DNA of 62,522 bases, counting the filler, from an uncultured archaeon (GTDB taxonomy: Archaea > Iainarchaeota > Iainarchaeia > Iainarchaeales > 1-14-0-10-31-34): the NCBI GenBank assembly GCA_964442255.1. It is 3 parts of 3 records of this genome, joined end to end, with 100 filler letters (N's around TTAATTAATTAA, not from the genome) between each part and the next. Parts side by side here need not be neighbours in the genome. Positions count along the whole stretch, not along the records: positions 44,741 to 62,522 come from CAYTYC010000025.1; 2 more parts are not named here. One strand, given 5' to 3'. Below, in pieces: positions 45,805 through 54,878 of this stretch. How positions within the stretch are numbered: the first letter of the stretch is position 1; each line of letters begins with the position of its first letter. Position numbers and translations under genes: made by a program. The notes under the pieces were generated by a model. It saw only the letters and a program-made list of their open reading frames with translations, did no database searches and had not been told where the DNA came from.

Positions 45805-46671
45805 CTATTTAACCCTTGATTTGAGGTAAGAGAGGAATTGTTCGCGGGTGTCGGGGCGGTGCAACGCGAATTCGGTTATTGCCTTAAGGTAATTCATTTT
45901 GTCGCCGATTGTCAGCCACTGCCCGGGAACCTCGTAAGCAAGAATCCGGTCTCTTTTGTTTAAAGTTCGCAAAGCTTCAGTCAGCTGGATTTCCCTGTCA
46001 GGGGTTTTAGGGGTGCACTCAAGTATTCCAAAAATTTCGGGCTTCAAAATATAGCGGCCCAAAACAGCGAATTCGGAGGGCGCGTCCTCAATCGCCGGCT
46101 TTTCCACGAAATCCAGAATCTCCATTTCATCGCCGTTCCTTTCAAAATCAATTATTCCAAAACCCGGAATCTCTGCCTCCGAAACCTTTTTCACCCCAAC
46201 CACGCTGCGGCCGGTTTTTTCATGCAGGGAAACCATTTCCTTAAGGCAGGGGGTTTCCCCCAACACCAAATCGTCGCCCAACAGGACAGCAAAAGGCTCG
46301 TTCCCTACGTGTTTTTTTGCGCACAAAACCGCGTGCCCGAGGCCGAGCGCCTCCTTTTGCCGGACGTAATGGATGTCCGCAAGGCTTTCAATTTCCTCAA
46401 GGGTTTTAAGTTCAGCGGACTTGTTTTTTTCCCTTAATGCCTTTTCCAGTTCCGGCACCTTGTCAAAGTGGTCTTCAATCGCCCTCTTTCCCCTCCCCGT
46501 TATTATGAGGATGTCCTCAATTCCCGATTCAACGGCTTCCTCCACAATGTACTGGATTGCGGGCCTGTCAACAATGGGAAGCATTTCCTTTGGCATGGCC
46601 TTGGTTGCAGGCAAAAACCTTGTGCCAAGCCCGGCTGCGGGAATAACCGCCCTGGAAATTTTTTTCGCCAT
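45805..46671 (-). CDS. galU: UTP--glucose-1-phosphate uridylyltransferase
   Basis: AVIPAAGLGTRFLPATKAMPKEML, RQKEALGLGHA, FVEKP. Confidence 0.96.
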   Translation of the reverse strand: MAKKISRAVIPAAGLGTRFLPATKAMPKEMLPIVDRPAIQYIVEEAVESGIEDILIITGRGKRAIEDHFDKVPELEKALREKNKSAELKTLEEIESLADIHYVRQKEALGLGHAVLCAKKHVGNEPFAVLLGDDLVLGETPCLKEMVSLHEKTGRSVVGVKKVSEAEIPGFGIIDFERNGDEMEILDFVEKPAIEDAPSEFAVLGRYILKPEIFGILECTPKTPDREIQLTEALRTLNKRDRILAYEVPGQWLTIGDKMNYLKAITEFALHRPDTREQFLSYLKSRVK

Positions 46672-46694
46672 TTTTTAACCGTTTTCTTTTTTCC

Positions 46695-46794
46695 NNNNNN
46701 NNNNNNNNNNNNNNNNNNNNNNNNNNNNNNNNNNNNNNNNNNNNNNNNNNNNNNNNNNNNNNNNNNNNNNNNNNNNNNNNNNNNNNNNNNNNNN
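46695..46794. other. Assembly gap
   Basis: 100 N. Confidence 0.98.
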
Positions 46795-46882
46795 TTTTGA
46801 TTAAACTTTTCCCAAATTCTTTTTTCCTTTTGATTAAACTTTTCCCAAATTCTTTTTTCCTTTTGATTAAACTTTTCCCAAA
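46795..46882. repeat. 33-bp tandem repeat emerging from the gap
   Basis: TTTTGATTAAACTTTTCCCAAATTCTTTTTTCC, about 2.7 copies visible. Confidence 0.88.
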
Positions 46883-46965
46883 AGTTTATTTTGCTCAAGC
46901 CTTTTTTCTAAAAAAGCCTGTTGGCGTACGCCGCCTTTTCCCTTCCTTTTTGATGAAACTTTTTT

Positions 46966-47073
46966 CTAAACTACGGCGGGTTAAAGCCCCCTGAATTTTT
47001 TTTTCCCGCAAACGGCCTGCAAAAACCCTGATTAATCCGCCCATTGAAAAAGGCGGGTTCCCGGAAGGGGTTT
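46966..47073 (+). repeat. ~105-bp dispersed structured element, copy C
   Basis: CTAAACTACGGCGGGTTAAAGCCCCC...CCCGCAAACGGCCTGCAAAAACCCT...CCGCCCATTGAAAAAGGCGGGTTCCCGGAAGGGGTTT. Confidence 0.8.
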
Positions 47074-47113
47074 CTAAAAAGTTTCTTTTGTCCAAACTTT
47101 TTTTAAAAGTTTG

Positions 47114-48382
47114 TTACCAGCAGATTGCGTCATAGTTTTCCGGGCGCCTTTCCCTGGGAACGCCCCTTCCGTCAATCACTATGCGGTTTTTGAAGTCAAT
47201 TTTGCTGAAATGGGGCCAGGCGGTCACAAAGAAAACAATTTCGGATTCATCCACCGCCTTTTGTGCGGAGTCCCTGTAGGAAATTCCGGGGAAAACCTTT
47301 TTCATGTTTTCCTCTGCCTGCGGGTCGGCCGCGACAACCTCCGCGCCCTCCCTTAATAATTCTTTTATTAGGGGGATTGCAGGGCTTTCCCTCACGTCGT
47401 CAGTCCCGGGCTTGAATGCAAGCCCCAAAACCGCGGCCTTTTTTCCCTTCAAAGGGGTTTTCTTTTTTGCAAGCTCAACCAGTTTAAGGGGCTGAAGGGA
47501 ATTCACTTTCAGGGCTGAATCAAGGATTCTGGGCCTGACTCCCAGGGATTCGGCCAAATGCCTTAAGGCCCGAACGTCCTTGGGAAAACAGCTTCCGCCG
47601 AATCCCGCACCGCACTCCAAAAAATGCGGGGAAATCCTGTGGTCAAGGCCCATTCCCTTTCCCACCTCATTTGCGTCAATTCCAAGCTGTTTGCAGATGT
47701 TTCCGATTTCGTTGATGAAAGAAATTTTTGCCGCAAGAAAAGAGTTTGAGGCATACTTAACCATTTCCGCAGTGCCCGGGGAAGTGAAAAGCTTTTCGCA
47801 TTCAAATCCCCGGTAAAGGTCGCGCATTATTTCCCCGGTTTTTTCCTCCAGGGCGCCGATTACAATCCTGTCCGGATTCATGAAATCCCTTAACGCGATT
47901 CCCTCGCGCAAAAACTCAGGGTTCATCGCAACACCGAAATCCTTTCCCGCGATTTTCCCGGATTCTTTTTCCAGCGCGGGCAGCACCTCATTCAGGGTGG
48001 TTCCGGGAACAACCGTGCTTTTCACCACAACAACATGGAAAGGGCTTTTTTCCTTCAGGGCTGAGCCGATTTGGCGGGCAGAGGAAACAACCATTGAGGT
48101 GTCGCACTTTCCTTCCCCGTCGCAGGGCGTTCCCACGCAAATGAACGTAACCCCGGAATTCAGGACCGCGTTCCTTAAATCGGCGGAGGCCTTCAGCTTT
48201 TTTCCGGCAAGTTCCCTGAGTTTTTCCTCCAGGCCTTCCTCAAAAATGGGCGGCCTTTTGGAGTTAATCAGTTCGACTTTTTTTTCATCTATGTCCACGC
48301 ATTCAACGCAATGGCCTTTCGAGGCAAGGCCGACGGCTGTTATCAGCCCCACATAGCCCGCTCCGACAACCGAAACATTCAT
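47114..48382 (-). CDS. ugd: UDP-glucose 6-dehydrogenase
   Basis: GAGYVG, KSTVVPG, NPEFLREG, GFGGSCFPKD, GLAFKPGTDDVRESP. Confidence 0.96.
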   Translation of the reverse strand: MNVSVVGAGYVGLITAVGLASKGHCVECVDIDEKKVELINSKRPPIFEEGLEEKLRELAGKKLKASADLRNAVLNSGVTFICVGTPCDGEGKCDTSMVVSSARQIGSALKEKSPFHVVVVKSTVVPGTTLNEVLPALEKESGKIAGKDFGVAMNPEFLREGIALRDFMNPDRIVIGALEEKTGEIMRDLYRGFECEKLFTSPGTAEMVKYASNSFLAAKISFINEIGNICKQLGIDANEVGKGMGLDHRISPHFLECGAGFGGSCFPKDVRALRHLAESLGVRPRILDSALKVNSLQPLKLVELAKKKTPLKGKKAAVLGLAFKPGTDDVRESPAIPLIKELLREGAEVVAADPQAEENMKKVFPGISYRDSAQKAVDESEIVFFVTAWPHFSKIDFKNRIVIDGRGVPRERRPENYDAICW

Positions 48383-48423
48383 TTAAATACGGAAAACGGG
48401 AAAATGCTTAAATATGTTAACTA

Positions 48424-48440
48424 ATCATATAATGTATGAT
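48424..48440. promoter_or_regulatory. Candidate operator ATCATA-N5-TATGAT
   Basis: 6-bp inverted repeat 5 nt upstream of the RHH fusion gene, within the divergent promoter region. Confidence 0.45.
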
Positions 48441-48445
48441 AAAGT

Positions 48446-49246
48446 ATGCGGGAAAGAGTCACTGTAACGCTTAAAGGCGAACTCCTTGAGCAGGTAGACA
48501 GGCTGGTGGACGGCCTCACGATAAGGAGCAGGAGCCAGGCAATGGAGTACCTGCTTTCAAAGGTTTTGTCTGACTACCGGCTTTCCCGCGCGCTGGTTTT
48601 GGCGGGAGGGCAGAGCAGGGAGTTAAGCAACAAGTTTTTGCGGGAAATAAAGGGAAAGCCCCTTCTCTTCCACACACTGGATTACCTGCACGAATTCAAC
48701 ATATCAAATTTCACCGTTTACCTGGACTTTGGGCACAAAAAAATCAGGAAAGCCTTAAGGGAAAAGGACCTTTCCTACGGAATTTCCTTCCTTGAACACC
48801 CGAAACCCGCGGGAACGGTTGAGCCTCTCCTGAAAATAAGGGGGGAAGTGAAGAACACAATTCTTGTGGCTTACGGGGACACAATCTGCAACCTGGATTT
48901 GAACGGAATGCTTGCGTTCCACAAAAAAAACAAGTTCCCCGCGACAATCGCCCTTACTACCGTAAGCAACCCCAAACAATACGGGGTTGTGATGCTGGAG
49001 GGAAACAAGGTAAAGGAATTTTTGCAGAAGCCCAGAAAAGACACGGGAAGCTTTCTGGTTAACGCGGGCTATTACCTCCTTGAGCCGGAGGCGTTCAGGC
49101 TTATTTCAGGGAAAATGCGGAGCCTGGAAGGGGACTTTTTTCCCAGGCTCGCGGAAAAAGGCCTTCTCGCGGGATACCCTTTCCAGGGGCTTTACATAAA
49201 CGTGAACACGCAGGAAGACCTGGAGAAGGCAAGAAAGCTGTTATAA
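48446..49246 (+). CDS. Ribbon-helix-helix domain fused to a degenerate sugar-phosphate nucleotidyltransferase domain
   Basis: MRERVTVTLKGELLEQVDRLV....RSRSQAMEYLL (CopG/NikR-type RHH); ALVLAGG, GKPLL, YGD, YGVV, VNAGYY; lacks the G.G.RL.P.T...PK motif. Confidence 0.85.
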   Translation: MRERVTVTLKGELLEQVDRLVDGLTIRSRSQAMEYLLSKVLSDYRLSRALVLAGGQSRELSNKFLREIKGKPLLFHTLDYLHEFNISNFTVYLDFGHKKIRKALREKDLSYGISFLEHPKPAGTVEPLLKIRGEVKNTILVAYGDTICNLDLNGMLAFHKKNKFPATIALTTVSNPKQYGVVMLEGNKVKEFLQKPRKDTGSFLVNAGYYLLEPEAFRLISGKMRSLEGDFFPRLAEKGLLAGYPFQGLYINVNTQEDLEKARKLL

Positions 49247-49281
49247 GGCTTTTATTGGAAAAAAATGGTTAGGCGACAAAA

Positions 49282-49983
49282 ATGGCGGAATTGAAGCAGG
49301 CGGTGATTCTGGCTGGCGGAAAAGGCTCAAGGCTTAGGCCGATGACTTTGGAGACGCCGAAGCCTTTGCTTAAAGTGAAGGGAAAAACTTTGCTGGAATA
49401 CAACATTGAATTGGCGAAAAAAAACGGGCTGACTGAAGTGATTCTTGCCGTGGGGTATCTCGGGGAAAAAATAAGGGAATTCTTCGGGAACGGAAAAAAG
49501 TTCGGCGTAAGCATCACTTACACGCGGGAAGAAAAGCCTTTGGGGACGGGAGGGGCATTACGGCTTTCCTCAGGGCTGCTGGATGAAAGGTTTGCGATGA
49601 TGAACGGCGACGAATTAAAGGAAGTGGATTTCAGGAAAATGCTGGAAGTGCACGAAAAAAACAAGGCAATTGCGACGCTGGCGTTAACGGAAGCGGAAAA
49701 CGCAAAGGATTTGGGGACAGTGGAAATGGAGGGGGAAAAAATAACGGAATTCAGGGAAAAGGAAAGCGAGGGGCCCGCACTGATTAACGCGGGGGCATAC
49801 ATTCTGGAAAAAAAAATCCTTGAGCTGATCCCGGACGGGTTCTGCAGCATTGAAAAAGAAATTTTCCCGAAACTCGCGGAACAAGGAAGGCTTTTTGGCT
49901 GGATTGAAGAAGGGCAGTGGTTTCCCACGGACACGGTTGAAAAAATGGGGAAAGCGGAAAAAGGCTGGAAGGAAAGCGGGTGA
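49282..49983 (+). CDS. Sugar-1-phosphate nucleotidyltransferase (mannose-1-P guanylyltransferase-like)
   Basis: ILAGGKGSRLRPMTLETPKPLL, EEKPLGTGGAL, NGD, INAGAY. Confidence 0.92.
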   Translation: MAELKQAVILAGGKGSRLRPMTLETPKPLLKVKGKTLLEYNIELAKKNGLTEVILAVGYLGEKIREFFGNGKKFGVSITYTREEKPLGTGGALRLSSGLLDERFAMMNGDELKEVDFRKMLEVHEKNKAIATLALTEAENAKDLGTVEMEGEKITEFREKESEGPALINAGAYILEKKILELIPDGFCSIEKEIFPKLAEQGRLFGWIEEGQWFPTDTVEKMGKAEKGWKESG

Positions 49984-50115
49984 AAAAGCGGAAAAGAAGC
50001 CCGCAACGGAAAAAAAAGGAAAACGAAAAAACCTGGGCTGGAAAAAAGAAAAAAAAACCGGAAAAAAGGAAATGCATTAAAAAGGTATTGAACCTGTTTT
50101 TTTGGGTGAAAAAAG

Positions 50116-51075
50116 ATGGTTAGGGCGCTTATCACGGGAGTGAACGGCTTTGTGGGAAGCCATTTAAGCGAATTTTTGCTGGAAAACAGTCTGGCTGAAG
50201 TTTACGGCACTTTCCGCACAAAAAACGAGAACATGGAAAACATAAGGGGAATTGTGAACAAAATAAACCCCATTGAATGCGACATTACAGACTATCACGC
50301 GGTAAGCCAGGCAATTGAAGAGGTTGAGCCGGATTACGTGTTTCATCTGGCCGCGCAGGCGTTTGTGCCCAGCTCATGGTCCGCGCCGGTTGAAACCATG
50401 AACACAAACGTCATGGGCTCACTGAATTTGTTTGAGGCAATCAGGAGAAGCAAATCCGACCCGGTTGTGCAGATTGCGGGAAGCAGTGAAGAGTACGGTT
50501 TGGTTAAGGAAGACGAGGTGCCCATAAAGGAAACAAACCCTTTAAGGCCCTTAAGCCCTTACGGGGTAAGCAAGGTTTCAATGGATTTGCTTGGATTCCA
50601 GTACCACCAAAGCTACGGGGTGAAGATTGTCAGGACGCGGGGATTCAACCACACGGGGCCCAGAAGGGGGGAATCATATGTCACAAGCAACTGGTCAAAG
50701 CAGATAGCGGAAATGGAGAAAGGCGTGAAAGAAAAATCGCTTTTGGTGGGAAACCTGGATTCAGTCCGCGACTTCACGGATGTAAGGGACATGGTCAGGG
50801 GATACTGGCTTGCGGTAAAAAAAGCGGAGCCCGGGGACGTGTACAACATTGCGGCAGGAAAAGGCGTTAAAATGTCCGGGCTGTTGGAAATGCTGAAAGG
50901 GCTTTCAAAAACCGAATTTGCGGTAAAGCCTGACCCAAAAAGAATGAGGCCAAGCGACGTCATGGTCTTGATTGGGGACAGCTCAAAGTTCAGGGAAAAA
51001 ACCGGCTGGAAACCGGAAATAGAATTCAGGAAAACTTTGGAAGACCTGCTGGATTACTGGCGCGAAAGGGTTTAA
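50116..51075 (+). CDS. GDP-mannose 4,6-dehydratase/Rmd-like SDR
   Basis: LITGVNGFVGSHL, HLAAQ, GSSEEYG, PLSPYGVSK, FNHTGPRR, GNLDSVRDF. Confidence 0.9.
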   Translation: MVRALITGVNGFVGSHLSEFLLENSLAEVYGTFRTKNENMENIRGIVNKINPIECDITDYHAVSQAIEEVEPDYVFHLAAQAFVPSSWSAPVETMNTNVMGSLNLFEAIRRSKSDPVVQIAGSSEEYGLVKEDEVPIKETNPLRPLSPYGVSKVSMDLLGFQYHQSYGVKIVRTRGFNHTGPRRGESYVTSNWSKQIAEMEKGVKEKSLLVGNLDSVRDFTDVRDMVRGYWLAVKKAEPGDVYNIAAGKGVKMSGLLEMLKGLSKTEFAVKPDPKRMRPSDVMVLIGDSSKFREKTGWKPEIEFRKTLEDLLDYWRERV

Positions 51076-51078
51076 TCC

Positions 51079-51600
51079 ATGGATTTAAAATCCAAGATAA
51101 GGACTGTTCCTGATTTTCCGAAGAAAGGGATAATGTTCCGCGACATTACAACACTGCTTCAGGACAGCTCGGCACTCAGGGAAAGCGTGAAGCAGCTGGT
51201 GGAAAAAGTTAAGGGAAAAGAATTTGACCTGGTTGTCGCGGTTGAAAGCAGGGGATTTATTTTCGGTTCATTGGTCGCGTACGAGTTGGGCGCGGGATTT
51301 GTTCCCGTGAGAAAGCCGGGAAAGCTTCCCTTTGAAACAGTGAAGCAGTCCTATGAACTGGAGTACGGGGTTGATGCACTGGAAATGCACCTTGACGCGG
51401 TTAAGGAAGGGCAAAAGGTTCTGGTTGTGGATGACCTGCTTGCAACAGGCGGAACCGCGAAGGCAACCGCGGAACTGGTGGAGCAAAGCGGAGGCAAAAT
51501 AAAGGGATTCCTTTTTTTGATTGAACTGGATTTTTTGAATGGCCGGGAAAAACTGAAGGAATACGAAGTGCAAAGCATAATTCGGTACGACAGCGAATAG
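51079..51600 (+). CDS. apt: Adenine phosphoribosyltransferase (bacterial type)
   Basis: PDFPKKGIMFRDIT, ESRGF, RKPGKLP, YELEYG, VDDLLATGGT. Confidence 0.96.
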   Translation: MDLKSKIRTVPDFPKKGIMFRDITTLLQDSSALRESVKQLVEKVKGKEFDLVVAVESRGFIFGSLVAYELGAGFVPVRKPGKLPFETVKQSYELEYGVDALEMHLDAVKEGQKVLVVDDLLATGGTAKATAELVEQSGGKIKGFLFLIELDFLNGREKLKEYEVQSIIRYDSE

Positions 51601-51657
51601 ACTTTTTTTTCCGGAAGCAAAAAATTTAATTAAAGGTTTCAGGCTGGTTTTAATTGC

Positions 51658-52728
51658 ATGGAAATAACAGTTAACGGGAAAAAAAGGCATTACCGCACAA
51701 TCTGGATGGAAAACGGAATTGTCAAGGCAATTAACCAGCCGCTGCTTCCCCACAAATTTGAAATCTCGGAGCTACAGAATTACAGGGAAACCGCCTCCGG
51801 AATAAAAAATATGCTGATGCGGGGCGCGGGGGCAATCGGCGCAGCGGCGGGATACGCTTACGCTCAGGCTGTGTTGGGGGCTCCGGAGCAGGGATTTCAG
51901 GAATTCATGGAAAAGGCCGAAAAAGAAATTAAAGCCACGAGGCCGACCGCAATAGATTTGGTTCATGCGGTTGACAGGGTTAAAACCGGCATCCGGGGAA
52001 TGGGAAAAACGGAAGCTGAGCAGAAGGCGGCGGAGATAGCGCAGGCAATTGCGGATGAAGACGTGAAAGCAGGGGAAAAAATCGGCGAAAACGGCGCAGA
52101 GTTATTGAAAGACGGCTCAAGGGTAATGACTCACTGCAATGCGGGCTGGCTGGCTTTCGTGGACTGGGGCACTGCATTAAGCCCCGTGTACAAGGCAAAA
52201 AGGCAGGGAAAAAAGGTTTTCGTTTACGCCTCGGAAACAAGGCCGAGAATGCAGGGCTCAAGGCTTACCGCATGGGAGCTTCAGCAGGAAGGCATTGATT
52301 ACAGGATAATTGCGGACAACGCAGGCGGATACTATTTGAAGAAAGGGGAAGTTGACATTGTTTTCGTGGGCGCGGACAGGATCGCATCAAACGGAGATGT
52401 TGCAAACAAAATCGGGACTTACATGAAGGCGGTGGCTGCAAAAGAAAACGGGATTCCGTTTTACGTGTGCGCACCGCTTTCAACAATCGACACGAGCATT
52501 GATTCGGGAAAAGAGATTCCGATAGAGGAAAGGGACGAAAAGGAAGTGCTGGAAATGTGGGGCAAAGGTTCAGGAGGAGGAATTGAAACAATAAGGGTTT
52601 CCCCTGAAGGGGGAAAAGCGTTTAACCCCGCGTTCGACGTTACCCCTGCAAAGTATGTTACGGGAATTGTGACGGAAAAAGGGATTGTGAAAGCCAATAA
52701 TAAGGGAATTGCAAAGCTGTTTGGATAG
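51658..52728 (+). CDS. mtnA: Methylthioribose-1-phosphate isomerase
   Basis: MRGAGAIG, TRPTA, THCNAGWLA, ETRP..QG.RLT.WEL, GADRI, NKIGT, NPAFDVTP. Confidence 0.94.
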   Translation: MEITVNGKKRHYRTIWMENGIVKAINQPLLPHKFEISELQNYRETASGIKNMLMRGAGAIGAAAGYAYAQAVLGAPEQGFQEFMEKAEKEIKATRPTAIDLVHAVDRVKTGIRGMGKTEAEQKAAEIAQAIADEDVKAGEKIGENGAELLKDGSRVMTHCNAGWLAFVDWGTALSPVYKAKRQGKKVFVYASETRPRMQGSRLTAWELQQEGIDYRIIADNAGGYYLKKGEVDIVFVGADRIASNGDVANKIGTYMKAVAAKENGIPFYVCAPLSTIDTSIDSGKEIPIEERDEKEVLEMWGKGSGGGIETIRVSPEGGKAFNPAFDVTPAKYVTGIVTEKGIVKANNKGIAKLFG

Positions 52729-52755
52729 AAATAAAAGAGCAATATACTCAATAGT

Positions 52756-53550
52756 TTGGGCGAAAAAAAAATGATCGGAATAATCGGCGGCTCGGGATTT
52801 TATTCGGCTGAAATGCTTAAAGGCGCAAAAAAAGTGAAGGTTAAAACCCCCTACGGGGAAACATCCTCGAAAGTTGCGGTCGGGGAGTTCAGGGGAAAAA
52901 AGGTGTGCTTCATCCCAAGGCACGGAAAAACCCACTCCATAAACCCGACGAACGTGAATTACAGGGCAAACATCCACGCAATGAAAGAACTGGGGGTAAC
53001 TCACATCCTTGCGCCAACCGCAGTGGGCTCCCTCAATGAAGGGATTAAACCCGGGGATTTGGTGTTCACTGACCAGTTCATTGACCGCACAACAAAAAGG
53101 AAAAGCACTTTCTATGAAGGAAAAAAGGTGTGCCACATAGGAATGGCGGAACCCTTCTGCCCCTCCCTGAAAAAGCTTTTGGCGCAGGAAGCGAAAAAAC
53201 TCGGCTACAGGTTCCATTCAAAAGGCACCGCGGTTGTGGTGGAGGGCCCGAGGTTCAGCACCAAAGCTGAAAGCAATTTGTACCGGGACTGGAAGGCTGA
53301 TTTAATCAACATGACAATGGTTCCGGAATGCGTTTTGGCAAGGGAAAAGGAAATCTGCTACGCAAACATTGCCACAATCACGGACTACGACTGCTGGAAA
53401 GAGTACAGCGTAACGGTGGAAGAAATAATCGGAGTCACAAAAAAGACAACCCGCAGGGTGGAAAAACTGATTGAAGCGGTTATCCCCCGCATAAATGAAA
53501 AGGAAAGGGAATGCGGCTGCGGAAACGCGCTGGAAGGCGCGCTGATTTAA
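52756..53550 (+). CDS. mtnP: 5'-methylthioadenosine phosphorylase
   Basis: GIIGGSG, TPYG, RHG..H, NYRANI, EGPRFSTKAES, MT..PE..LARE, TDYDCW; TTG 52756 or ATG 52771 start. Confidence 0.94.
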   Translation: MGEKKMIGIIGGSGFYSAEMLKGAKKVKVKTPYGETSSKVAVGEFRGKKVCFIPRHGKTHSINPTNVNYRANIHAMKELGVTHILAPTAVGSLNEGIKPGDLVFTDQFIDRTTKRKSTFYEGKKVCHIGMAEPFCPSLKKLLAQEAKKLGYRFHSKGTAVVVEGPRFSTKAESNLYRDWKADLINMTMVPECVLAREKEICYANIATITDYDCWKEYSVTVEEIIGVTKKTTRRVEKLIEAVIPRINEKERECGCGNALEGALI

Positions 53551-53595
53551 AACACAGGCATATGTTTAAATACACGTACATACACACAATTGACC

Positions 53596-53829
53596 ATGGC
53601 TACAAAAACGCTTTCCATCACTGAAGAGGCATACAATAGGCTCAATTCCAGAAAGAAAGAGGGGGAAAGCTTTACTGATGTGATAAAAAGGCTGACCAAA
53701 AGGGAGAGCCTGACAAAGTTTGCCGGAATATTGCCGGAAAGGGAAGCGAACGAACTGGAGAAAAACATTAGAAAAAGCAGGACTGATTCAAGGAAGAGGA
53801 CACAAAAAATAAAGGGAATGCTTTCATGA
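53596..53829 (+). CDS. vapB: VapB-type antitoxin (DUF217-like)
   Basis: MATKTLSITEEAYNRL...KKEGESFTDVIKRL; ATGA coupling to a PIN-domain gene. Confidence 0.88.
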   Translation: MATKTLSITEEAYNRLNSRKKEGESFTDVIKRLTKRESLTKFAGILPEREANELEKNIRKSRTDSRKRTQKIKGMLS

Positions 53830-54215
53830 TTTTAGACACCGTCTTTTTAATTGACCTGTTAAAGGGCAACAAAGATGCGGTTGCCAAAGCCAAGGAACTG
53901 GAAAAAAACAATGAACCGCTTTCAACAACCTCTGTTTCAGTGTTTGAAATCTGGCAGGGGCTTCCGGCAAAGCCCATGGTAACGCAAATGGAAAACGTGC
54001 TTGAATTGTTTAAATCCCTTAACGTATTTGAACTTGACTTTGATGCGGCACTTGAGGGGGGAGAAATTCAGCGAACCCTGAAAATAAAAGGGGAAATTAT
54101 TGATGCAGAGGATGCAATGATTGCCGGAATCGCCAGAAGCCAAGGAGAGAAAGTTTTGACGAGAAATCTAAAGCATTTTAAGAGAATAAACAACATAGAA
54201 GTTGAAAGCTACTGA
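53826..54215 (+). CDS. vapC: VapC PIN-domain toxin
   Basis: ILDTVFLIDL, SVFEI, DAMIAGIA, LTRNLKHF. Confidence 0.93.
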   Translation: MILDTVFLIDLLKGNKDAVAKAKELEKNNEPLSTTSVSVFEIWQGLPAKPMVTQMENVLELFKSLNVFELDFDAALEGGEIQRTLKIKGEIIDAEDAMIAGIARSQGEKVLTRNLKHFKRINNIEVESY

Positions 54216-54228
54216 ATTCCGGCATTAA

Positions 54229-54735
54229 TTACAATAAATTGAATGCCCCAAGAGAAACTGCTGTCACTACTGCGGCCGCAATTGTTACGCCGGCAATGTC
54301 GGCCAAGACAAATTTCTTGAAATCCAATCCAAAGAGATAGGCTGCTAATGCGCCTGTCCACACCCCGCTCCCGGGAAGGGGGATACCGATGAAAAGCGCC
54401 AATCCAATCGCACCGAATTTCTCCACATATTTTTTCACTCTCCGCTGGGTTCTTTCCACTATTTTAGAGTAAATCCTTTCAATAAAGCTAATTCGTGTGA
54501 AAAACTTCACCAGCCTGTCAAGGAAAACGTAGAGGATTACCCCAAGGAAAATGTTTGTGGCGACAACCAAAGGCACAACCTCCCAAAAGGAGAGGCCAAA
54601 ACCGTTCACTGTGCCAAGGAAAGGCAGTTGAATCGGTTTATTCCACAGCCCCACAGGAATGCTGAGCCTTAATTCAAGCGCCGGCATCAGCGTCAGGAGA
54701 ACCAGGTAAAGGAATTTGTCAAGCAATTCATTCAC
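54229..54735 (-). CDS. Putative small multidrug export protein (COG2426-like)
   Basis: PALELRLSIP, GLALFIGIPLPGSGVWTG. Confidence 0.88.
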   Translation of the reverse strand: MNELLDKFLYLVLLTLMPALELRLSIPVGLWNKPIQLPFLGTVNGFGLSFWEVVPLVVATNIFLGVILYVFLDRLVKFFTRISFIERIYSKIVERTQRRVKKYVEKFGAIGLALFIGIPLPGSGVWTGALAAYLFGLDFKKFVLADIAGVTIAAAVVTAVSLGAFNLL

Positions 54736-54878
54736 TTCCCTTTATTCAAGTCAAAGAAAAGTGGCTAAAACCCTTAAAAACATTTTCCATAGGAAAATAG
54801 TCTGATATATTGTAATTATTCACATTAAAGGGGGGCAAAAAGGCTCTTATACATAACACGGAATTGGGGGTGTAACCG

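Noticed and set aside
46468..47095. ORFs spanning or adjoining the gap
   Set aside because: They translate Ns and intergenic repeats.
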